The notes below the pieces were generated by a model. The model did no database searches. It was not told the origin of the DNA and saw nothing but the letters and a program-made list of their open reading frames with translations. The translations under genes and the position numbers were made by a program. This document shows positions 1 to 8,608 of a stretch of 64,000 bases of DNA, piece after piece. Origin of the DNA: Gammaproteobacteria bacterium (GTDB lineage Bacteria; Pseudomonadota; Gammaproteobacteria; Eutrophobiales; Eutrophobiaceae); the NCBI GenBank assembly GCA_963422205.2, contig CAXMWX010000005.1, positions 704,001 to 768,000 of the forward strand. Direction: 5' to 3'. The first letter of the stretch is position 1, and each line of letters opens with the position of its first letter.

Positions 1-516
1 GGCGGCCAGATGCTTGATGGTATCCCCCGGCCTGATCTTGACCCGGCACTGGGCCAGCACCGGCCCGGTATCATAATCCTTATCCACCAGATGCACAGTC
101 GCCCCGGTCTCCCGCTCCCCTGCTGCCAGCACCGCCTGATGGACTTTTTTGCCATACATCCCCCGCCCACCATAGGCTGGCAACAATGACGGATGGATAT
201 TCACTATCCTGTGCTGATAAGTACGCACCAGGCCGGGCCCGAGTTTTCTCATAAACCCGGCCAGGATGACCAGATCAACGCCATGTTCATCCAACACTCG
301 CAAGCTGGCCTGTTCCAACGCGGCGGCCTCTGGGTGCGTAACACGGCTGAGGTGGTAAGCGGGAATACCGCTCTCCCTGGCATATTGCAGGGCGCCCGAT
401 TCGGGGTTGTTACTGATCACAAGCACCGGTTCGGCGGCGATCCTGTGCGCTCGGCAGGCGGCGATGATCGCCTGCATGTTCGAGCCGTTATGCGATGCAA
501 AAAATCCCAGCTTCAT
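1..516 (-). CDS. purN: Phosphoribosylglycinamide formyltransferase PurN (3' end runs off the window)
   Basis: Not in the ORF track. Manual translation from the ATG at 516 gives MKLGFFASHNGSNMQAII...VISNNP...DLVILAGFMRKL...IVNIHPSLLPAYGGRGMYG...HQAVL...ETGATVHLVDKDYDTGPVLAQ. These are the PurN GSN, NIHPSLLP and G-x-TVH...D-x-GP motifs. The start overlaps the pdxB stop (ATGA, 513-516). Confidence 0.95.
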   Translation of the reverse strand, partial: MKLGFFASHNGSNMQAIIAACRAHRIAAEPVLVISNNPESGALQYARESGIPAYHLSRVTHPEAAALEQASLRVLDEHGVDLVILAGFMRKLGPGLVRTYQHRIVNIHPSLLPAYGGRGMYGKKVHQAVLAAGERETGATVHLVDKDYDTGPVLAQCRVKIRPGDTIKHLAA

Positions 517-1664
517 ATTATGCTAACCTGAAAGCCCAGGGCACACAGCGTATCCTGCAAGCGATCAGCCTCGCCTGACAACGCCACCTGCCGGTGTGCA
601 AAACCGTAACGGGGCGGGTAGTTCGCCCGCAGCGCATCAAACAAATCACCGGGGGATGGTGCTGGCAATTCAATCAGACGATGCAAGGCAGCGCTGTCGA
701 CACGCACATCATAGCTGCTTAACACGGCCTTTTTGATCAGCGTCAGGTCGGTCTTGGCCGTATCAGCGGCCAGCTTTACCTCTGCCAGCGCCGGGATTGG
801 CAACTCAGGCAAGCGAGGCGGCCTTGGCCGCCCCATACATGCCAGCAACTGATCATATACCATGCAGGTGGCTCGCCGCCGGGCATCCAGGCTGTAGCCG
901 GCGATATGCGGGGTCGCAATACTCGCCCGCTCAAGCAGGGCGGTATTGATATGCGGTTCATTCGTCCAGACATCCAGCACCACCTGCATCCGGGGCCTTT
1001 GTGCCAGAGAATCCATCAGCGCCTGCTCGTCTATCACCTCGCCGCGGGCGGTGTTAATCAGGATCACAGCGTCTTTCAGCTGCTGCAAAAATGCCGCATC
1101 AACCAGGTGGCGCGTCGGGTAGGGGCCGGTATCTGTCAAGGGGACATGGAGGCTGATAACATCAGAGCGCATTATCTCTTCTATCTCCCGAAATGGATAA
1201 CCACCGGCAGCATCCAGGATAAAAGGATCGTACACATGAACCGATAAGCCCAAGGCCCGTAACTGCCCTGCCAGCGATGAGCCGACATGCCCGTAACCGA
1301 TGATGCCAATCTGCCAGCCGTTCATATCCAGGGCAGCCTGCTCATCAAGACCAAAAAGACTGCTGAGTACATATTCACACACTGCTGGTGCATTGCAGCC
1401 CGGGGCATGGAAAAAACGGATATCCGAGTCTTGCAAATACGCCAGATCAACATGATCAACACCGCTGCTGGTGCTGGCCACATAGCGCACCGGGGTGCCG
1501 GTCAGCAAGGCACGATCCACAGTCGTCACCGTCCTGACCAGCAACACCTCGGCATCGTGCAACACAGACGGCGTTATCTCCCGGCCGGGGACAAGCTCAA
1601 TCTCACCCAGATCAGCAAACACCGCCAAGACATGGGGAATAGCCGCATCGGCGATGATCTTCAT
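513..1664 (-). CDS. pdxB: 4-phosphoerythronate dehydrogenase PdxB
   Basis: 383-aa ORF: MKIIADAAIP, LLVRTVT, APGCNAPAVCEYV, GIIGYGHVG (NAD-binding), LHVPL, INTARGEVID, LDVWTNEP, TPHIAGYS, and a C-terminal YD...FDALRANYPPR segment typical of PdxB. Confidence 0.93.
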   Translation of the reverse strand: MKIIADAAIPHVLAVFADLGEIELVPGREITPSVLHDAEVLLVRTVTTVDRALLTGTPVRYVASTSSGVDHVDLAYLQDSDIRFFHAPGCNAPAVCEYVLSSLFGLDEQAALDMNGWQIGIIGYGHVGSSLAGQLRALGLSVHVYDPFILDAAGGYPFREIEEIMRSDVISLHVPLTDTGPYPTRHLVDAAFLQQLKDAVILINTARGEVIDEQALMDSLAQRPRMQVVLDVWTNEPHINTALLERASIATPHIAGYSLDARRRATCMVYDQLLACMGRPRPPRLPELPIPALAEVKLAADTAKTDLTLIKKAVLSSYDVRVDSAALHRLIELPAPSPGDLFDALRANYPPRYGFAHRQVALSGEADRLQDTLCALGFQVSII

Positions 1665-1774
1665 GCATCAAGATGAAGTAAAAACCCCGACCGTATGCCC
1701 GCATTGCATGGCTGTCGATAAGGATGATGCGGCAAAAGACAAACCGTTCGATATAATGATCACACCGGCGCTGT

Positions 1775-2731
1775 TCAGCGGGCGGCTTCCCGTCCCAGCC
1801 CTTCTTTCTCTACTGGCATCAAATCCTGCTTGCTGATCCCTAAGGCCAGCGTGATTGGGCTGGCAACATAAATGGAAGAGTACGTGCCAATAATCACGCC
1901 GACGATAAGCGCAATGGAGAAAGAATGAATGACCTCGCCGCCATAGAAGAACAGAGCCGACAAAACCAGCAAAGTAGTCAGCGAGGTGATCAAGGTGCGG
2001 CTGAGTGTCTGGTTGAGCGATGTATTGATGATATCGGTGGCAGTACCGGTTCGCATGCGCCTGAAATTCTCCCGGATGCGATCAAACACGACAATGGTAT
2101 CGTTCAGCGAATACCCAATCACGGCCAGGAGGGCGGCCAGCACCGACAGATCAAAATCAAGCTGTGTTAAGGAGAAAAATCCCAGCGTGATCAACACATC
2201 ATGCACCAAGGCGGCAATCGCACCGAGCGAGAACAAACGCTGGAAACGCAAGGCGACATAGATAAAAATACCAAACAGCGCAAAGATCATGGCCAAGCCA
2301 CCATCATTGGTCAACTCATCCCCCACCTGCGGCCCGACAAACTCCACCCGCCGCACCACCACCTCAGGATCCGTGGTACGCAACAGATTGATGATATCCT
2401 CGCTGATATCAGCGGTATTTTTCTGCTCCCTGGGCGCCAATCTGATCAACACATCCCGGGTGGTGCCGAAATACTGGACGATGGCATCGCCGTATTCAGA
2501 ACCGGCCAGCGTCGTTCGGATGGCATCCAGCTCGGCCGTTGCACCATAACCGACTTCAACCAGCGTGCCGCCGGTGAAATCGATCCCCAGATTCAACTGA
2601 CGCAGGGTCAATGATGAGATCGCTACCAGCAACAAGAGGGCTGAAAAGACGGCGGCCAGCTTGCGCCCGGCCATGAAGTCAAAGCGTATTCGAACAGCGG
2701 GTTCTTGCAGTGTATTCATCCGGGTGTTCAT
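1775..2731 (-). CDS. secF: Protein translocase subunit SecF
   Basis: LNLGIDFTGG, VEFVGPQVGDEL, HDVLITLG, IGYSLNDTIVVFDRIREN, GTYSSIYVASP; several hydrophobic helices; 9 bp downstream of secD. An alternative ATG lies at 2719. Confidence 0.97.
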   Translation of the reverse strand: MNTRMNTLQEPAVRIRFDFMAGRKLAAVFSALLLLVAISSLTLRQLNLGIDFTGGTLVEVGYGATAELDAIRTTLAGSEYGDAIVQYFGTTRDVLIRLAPREQKNTADISEDIINLLRTTDPEVVVRRVEFVGPQVGDELTNDGGLAMIFALFGIFIYVALRFQRLFSLGAIAALVHDVLITLGFFSLTQLDFDLSVLAALLAVIGYSLNDTIVVFDRIRENFRRMRTGTATDIINTSLNQTLSRTLITSLTTLLVLSALFFYGGEVIHSFSIALIVGVIIGTYSSIYVASPITLALGISKQDLMPVEKEGLGREAAR

Positions 2732-2740
2732 CTAACCTGG

Positions 2741-4117
2741 CTAGATCGACAGCCGGTCAAGTTTTCTGCCGCCATAGATGAGGTTGATGATCGCCCGGGT
2801 CACCATGATGGCGGTGAACATGGAGCAGACAATGCCGAGAGACAAGGTCACGGCAAAGCCCTTGATCGGGCCGGTGCCGAGGCCGAACAACACCAGGGCA
2901 GCGATCAAGGTGGTAATGTTGGCATCGGCAATGGTCGACAGCGCCTTCTCATAGCCAGCATGGATACTGGCCTGGGGCGAGTTGCCGTTGTTGATCTCCT
3001 CACGAATTCGCTGAAAGATCAGCACATTGGCATCCACCGCCATGCCGACTGTCAAGACAATGCCAGCGATGCCGGGCAATGTCAGGGTGGTGGGCAGTAT
3101 TGAGAGCAGCGCCACGATGAACACCAGATTCAAGCTCAGCGCCAGGTTGGCCGCCAGGCCGAAGACCCTGTACCAGAGCAGCATGAAGATCAACACCAGG
3201 ATAAAACCAATCTGCACTGACAGCTTGCCCTTGTTGATATTGTCCTGCCCCAGGCTGGGGCCGACAGTGCGCTCCTCAATGATATAAACCGGTGCCTTCA
3301 GGGCGCCGGCGCGAAGCAACAAGGCGAGATTATTGGCCTCTTGCGAGGAGTCCAAGCCGGTTATCTGGAAGCGGGCGCCGAGTTGCTCCCGGATCGTTGC
3401 CTGATTGATCACCTCTTCAGTGACGACTTTACGCTGCACCAGCTCGCCATCCTGCTCAATCATCTCCAGCTTGTTCTCAATAAAGACCACGGCCATGAGT
3501 TTGCCCACCTCATCAATGGTCTTGTCGGCAAATATTTTTGCCCCCTTGCCATCGAGACTGATGCTCACATTGGGGCTGCCGGATGCCTGATCAAACCCGG
3601 CCCCGGCCTGGGTGATATAATCGCCGGTCAACATGATCTCTTTTTTCAGCAGCACGGGATTGCCCAGCCGGTCCCGGTACAACCTGGCACCGGCCGGCAG
3701 CCGGCCGTCCACCGCATCTGCCGGGTCATGTTCCTGATCGGTCATGCGAAATTCCAGTGTGGCTGTTGCCCCCAGAATGACCTTCGCCCGTGCGGTGTCC
3801 TGCACACCGGGCAACTGCACAACGATACGATCCGTCCCCTGCTGCTGAATGATCGGCTCGGCAACACCAAGCTCATTGACGCGCTTTTTCAAGACCACAA
3901 TATTCTGTTTTAATGCCTCACGCTGTATCTCGTTCAGCGACTGCTCCCTGATCTCTACCTGCAACTGATGTTCATCAGCGGCGGCATCCAACTCGGTCAA
4001 TACCAGTTCGGGATAATCATCTTGTATCTTCTCGATACCGGCGCGCAAATGCCCATCATCACGAAAGCGTATCAACAGGCCGCCATCCCGGTTGCGGGTG
4101 ACTGTGCGGTAACGAAT
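2741..4117 (-). CDS. secD: Protein translocase subunit SecD, 5'-truncated (about 458 C-terminal residues)
   Basis: RVNELGVAEPIIQQQGTDRIVVQLPGVQD, ALLLRAGAL, EERTVGPSLG, TLPGIAGIVLTVGMAVDANVLI, GTGPIKGFA. The frame stays open upstream of the track start as IRYRTVTRNRDGGLLIRFRD, then meets TAG at 4120-4118, where AT-rich DNA begins. The N-terminal membrane helix region is missing. Confidence 0.96.
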   Translation of the reverse strand: MRYRTVTRNRDGGLLIRFRDDGHLRAGIEKIQDDYPELVLTELDAAADEHQLQVEIREQSLNEIQREALKQNIVVLKKRVNELGVAEPIIQQQGTDRIVVQLPGVQDTARAKVILGATATLEFRMTDQEHDPADAVDGRLPAGARLYRDRLGNPVLLKKEIMLTGDYITQAGAGFDQASGSPNVSISLDGKGAKIFADKTIDEVGKLMAVVFIENKLEMIEQDGELVQRKVVTEEVINQATIREQLGARFQITGLDSSQEANNLALLLRAGALKAPVYIIEERTVGPSLGQDNINKGKLSVQIGFILVLIFMLLWYRVFGLAANLALSLNLVFIVALLSILPTTLTLPGIAGIVLTVGMAVDANVLIFQRIREEINNGNSPQASIHAGYEKALSTIADANITTLIAALVLFGLGTGPIKGFAVTLSLGIVCSMFTAIMVTRAIINLIYGGRKLDRLSI

Positions 4118-4121
4118 CTAT
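4118..4121. other. Bacterial / eukaryotic sequence junction
   Basis: Abrupt switch from GC-rich, fully coding DNA to AT-rich repeat- and intron-containing DNA at the point where the secD frame breaks. There is no N gap. Confidence 0.92.
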
Positions 4122-5203
4122 TTTTAGTTGGTTGTCAGCAGTTTAATGATCTCAACTGCTTGAACTCTTTTCGTTATTGATGACGGTTTCTACAGAATGA
4201 TTTATTTTTGGCATTAACGCCACAGCACCTCACACAATGCAGTAATTTCGACCTGTTTAAGGAGTGACGACTTGATCTTTCTTTTGTTTGTTTTTGCTTT
4301 TTTTTCACTAATTGGATTTTATAACATTGAGTGTCTACTAGAAGAGGAAAGAGGAAGAAAGTAAGCTACAAATAACCTAAAAAGACACTCTCCTCATACA
4401 AAGGAAAATTAGGAGAATAAACTGCGAAAGAAGGACGATAAAATTACCCAGTATGATTTACTTCAGGTGCCGAATTTGTTGCTGTGGAATGTGATTTGAA
4501 TAGATTGGGTTCCTTTCTCAACGACTCATGCGTAAAACAAAATGCGGTAAATAACGCACAATTACGACGGCGTTAAATTCTTTAATTACTACAATATTTT
4601 TGTTTCATCGATCAACTCACATGGGTCTATACCAAGCCTACAAACCAGTTTATGTGATTGAATCGTTTTTGTCATTACATTTGCGCACACTTGGGAATGC
4701 ATCTGTATTTTAAATGTCCGTAATCACGGGATTATTGAAATACTGGACTAGTGTAATATGTTTCAATAATTTTACGTTTGGAGTTACAAAATATGCAATA
4801 GTATATCGACATAAAAAATTATACGATGTTGAAATCACTGAATATTCAAAAGCAAAATTAGCAACACGTAGAAGCTCCATTTGATTATTTCTTTGCTGAA
4901 CGTAATGTTAAGTTCTCACAAAATAGGATGAGTCTGTGTGTAGGCCTAGGCGTCTAGTCTAGTAGTGCAAAGATATAAAACAACCCAGAACCGAAAATGA
5001 ACGCAATAGTTGAGGTATAACTCCCAATGAAACCCAAATACCTAAAATTTAGGCTGGAATGGAAGAAATTCTTCAAATTTAACCTTCCAACTCAAGAAAA
5101 CTCTTGAAACCGCCTAAAATGAAAAACGCGATTGAATCTATTAGAAAAGCCAAGTGAGACCTACCGCTTTGAATCACTGCACAACATCCAGTCATAGCGA
5201 AAT

Positions 5204-5772
5204 CAGGGTTGCCAGGCCAGTTGCGCAAAAAATGCCAAACAGCGTATAAAAATATGCCAAACGGAACCAAAATATGCCAAACAACCTTCAACAAGCGCAA
5301 ATCCTCTGATAACCTAACGCAATACTTTTTACACAAAAGGCCACATATGAAAAAATGGGTCGCACAGATTGGAAGAGCAAAAGAAAGGGTCTTCACATCC
5401 GCAGATGTCCTATTTTTTCCACTAAAAATCGGTGAAGAGCAAAAAAAGAAAAAGTCTACGGCTTGATTCACAACTGGAGTTTATATTTCTGTAAGTGCCC
5501 GCGAGCCGCATAAAATGGTTTCGCGGGCTGCAATTTTCCCACCACTGACCTAAGCAAAGACGGGTCATCCTATTTTTAGGATTTTGCGGACGCAGTTGCC
5601 AAATACAAAAAAAATGCCAAGCACTGTTGAAAAAAATGTCAAATTCATAAAAAATGCCAAAAATATGCCAAACTATGACCAATATGCCAAACAAAAATTT
5701 TCGTGCCAAACCACTTTAAAAAATGCCAAATTTTTGGAATTTGGCATAAAAAATGCCAAACTGGCAACTGTG
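5204..5772. mobile_element. Non-autonomous hAT-type MITE
   Basis: Ends CAGGGTTGCCAG / CTGGCAACTGTG; perfect 8-bp TSD AGCGAAAT (5196-5203, 5773-5780); repeated subterminal ATGCCAAA motifs. Confidence 0.85.
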
Positions 5773-6458
5773 AGCGAAATAACAAGGCTTCTTAATACAG
5801 TAGGGGAGAACCTCCGACATTGGGACAATTTTTCTATGGGACGCTTTGTACTAGGTCTACACGCTTCACTGATCACGCGAGAATTGATTGCGTAATTTCT
5901 GTTCCTTCGCCTTACTGTTTCAGTGAATTACACGAAGTTATAGGGTCTTGTGAGCAGAAATGGCTGATTTAGCAAGGAAAGTTTATTTTTGGGGGATCAA
6001 AGTAAATATTTTATCGTATTTTGTTTTAAAATAGTCTTCAGCGATATTGATTCACAAGGCTGGCACGATGTCAGGTAACAGCAGGGAACTTGAAGCTAGA
6101 ATCGAGATAAAAAGCGAGTGCCTACTGTGCACTCAGGTGAAATCAGCAGCGATTTTTTAAAAATGACGGTCATATCAAACATTGGGACAAATGCATGTCT
6201 TCATCAATAGGGCGCTGTCCCATTGTTGGAGTGCATGTATATAGGTGCAACTTTTGTTTACATTCTTACTTTTCACGCTAAACTGTCACTGTTGTTATTT
6301 CCATGATTTTGCTTGTTGATTTCAATGGAATCTGAACTTCAACCAACATTCTCCCGAGGCTCGCGTGAAAAGGGGAAAACTGATCCCACTACCATGAGAG
6401 CAGCAATTGAAAAAGCATTGCTAACGGGGAAGATCAGGCCAATAATTGCAAGAGAGTA

Positions 6459-7647
6459 GGGGAGAGTGGGGTTGGTTGAATCGGGGGTTGGTTGAATTAG
6501 TAAACCCTATTCCGAGACTGAAGTCACAAGTCCTGACCTGTCTACATATTTTTGCTTTGCCAGAAGTAGTCTTCGTGCATACTGAATGAAGGATGGATTG
6601 AGCAAGGCTACGTATGCCTTTTTTCGGTAGGTGCGTAAAAACATCTAAAAGTAACTTTTGATATTTCCGCAATTTTTCATTTTCTGCTTGTAAAGTCAAA
6701 ATAATTCTTGCAACTAAGGATTTTATTTACAGAACATAACGTAGGCTACTAACAGGACCAATATGGTTTTAACTTGATAAAAACTTTCTTAGGCTAGATT
6801 TTAGCTAAAATATTAAAGCATGGCGCCTTGGGGTTGGTAGCATCAGATGATTCAACCAACCCCAATAGGGAACTTTGCTAACAGCTTGACTAAGCAACAA
6901 GTTTTAATACTGCAACTAGAACTTTTCAAAAGGCTTACTGGTAGTTGAACTATAACGGGTGTTTATGAAAGATTAGTTGAATAAGATAATCATGGTGAGA
7001 AATTGGAAAGCCAAGACAAATCAAAGGAAGGATGCGGATGTAGTTAAGCGGGCTGCGCGTGAGGTTCTGGAGAATAAAATGCCAGTTCGTGGGGCAGCAA
7101 AGTTTTGGAGTTTCCTGCTACGCAATGAACCGATTCATACATGGCATTAAAGCTCGAAGATTGGTTAAAAAGTGCAATAGTTGGGCCCATGAATTATGCA
7201 CCGACAGAGGCTAATTTATCTGCACCTCTTAAATGGTCATAAGCGCCAACTTAGAGTAGAATGTTTATCATGTAGTGTGCGCTACAAACACTGACTTTTC
7301 GTTGTGTGCGCTATTTATCGTGTTCGTTGCTGTTAGTTAATGTGTTGAGCATAATACAATGAACTAAAAAATAAAACAAATATTTGGTAATTGAAAGAAA
7401 TTGCAAATCGAAAGTGATTTAACCAACCCCATCGTACGATTCAACCAACCCCGTGTGGGCAAAAAATACCACCTCTAGGAAAATGCGTTTGAATCACTCA
7501 ATAAAAACTAATAACCACCAAAAAAGTATTTCATATTAAAGAGAGACGCCCTGATTTGATTTGATTAATTTTTACTGATAACGGATCTTCGCAGCAGCCG
7601 CAAGTGAAGAAAAACTGCAAGTTGAGTCAACCAACCCCACTCTCCCC
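6459..7647 (+). mobile_element. Internally deleted pogo-like element nested in the previous one
   Basis: TIRs GGGGAGAGTGGGGTTGGTTGA / TCAACCAACCCCACTCTCCCC with TA TSD. Relic MVRNWKAKTNQRKDADVVKRAAREVLENKMPVRGAAK from 6992 resembles a pipsqueak-type HTH at the start of a transposase. Confidence 0.75.
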
Positions 7648-8204
7648 TATAATGTTGCTAGACAAACTTTGAAAAACTGGATAGATACTATTATAACTGG
7701 ATGTTGTAGACTCTTTCATTGGGTATCGTTGTTTGGGGCCAGTCGCCTGCTAAAAATAGGGCACAACCTAGAAAAGAGATGAAGTCGAGATGTCCAGGTA
7801 AAGCAATGCAAAAAAGAGTCTTTACAGTCTGGAATGAGTTTAGCCTGGATTGGCCGTGCGTAGCAAGGCTGATGAGACTTTCGTTATAGTGGATAGATAC
7901 TGTTGTGACAAAAAGGCACAGGCACATGGAACCCAAGACAACCTACTGAACGAACCAAATTATGCAGTTCGTGTTTTGTTTGCCAGCGCTGTTCTGTCAA
8001 GAACTTTTAAGAAATGAACTCTCTAAATTACATTCAATGTTTTGGGCTATATTAACTTTGCTTTAATGCTGATGCTAATTCTTTTCTGTTGTTTTTCAAC
8101 TTTGTTTTTAAAACACTACACGACATGCAGTAGCCTAATATCTCGTTATAGCTATGGTGATCTGGCGCGTCCGTAAATTTTTTGATTTGCAACCGTAAAA
8201 AAAT

Positions 8205-8400
8205 TTTATCTTCATTATACTTGCGGTAATACGCCGAAGCGTCTAACGAGTGGCGGGGCCCATTTCCACGGCTTCGCGCCTGGGCAACATAGCTCCGAAG
8301 AAACGTCGCAACAGTGGCGAGCCGTTGGCGACACTGTGCTGATTTGACCGGCCCGGGAATCGAACTTCATACCTTCCGAACCGATAGCGTACGCTTTGCA
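8205..8400 (-). mobile_element. tRNA-derived SINE, family B copy
   Basis: Shares the B-box-like GTTCGATTCCCGGGCCGGTCAAATC and body CACAGTGTCGCCAACGGCTCGCCAC...GGGCCCCGCCACTCG...TAATGAAGAT with copies near 16960, 17180, 28895, 29150, 50255, 50815, 57330 and 59302. Confidence 0.8.
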
Positions 8401-8439
8401 TCCGCAGCTTGGTATAATCATTATACCAGTAGCTCTAAG

Positions 8440-8608
8440 CAGGGGCGTCGCCAGCTCATCGGGATCGAGGAAGAGGGAAAAGTCAACTGTAGAGGGGCCA
8501 GGGACCTTGTTTCAGTCTATTTTTTTTTAATTCCTTTTTCGATCAGGGGGGAAAGCTGCCAATTTGGAGACCGAGCCCCCTTGGCCTTCCCGCTGACAAC
8601 GTGCCTGA
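8440..8608. mobile_element. Short hAT-type MITE
   Basis: CAGGGGCGTCGCCAG / CTGACAACGTGCCTG ends; imperfect TSD GCTCTAAG / ACTCTAAA. Confidence 0.6.

Noticed and set aside
1665-1774. Promoter or terminator between secF and pdxB
   Set aside because: I see no convincing hairpin with a U tract and no clear -35/-10 pair on the minus strand.
193-4180. Plus-strand and short alternative-frame ORFs over the bacterial segment
   Set aside because: They are antisense or shadow frames of purN, pdxB, secF and secD in GC-rich DNA, with no recognisable motifs.
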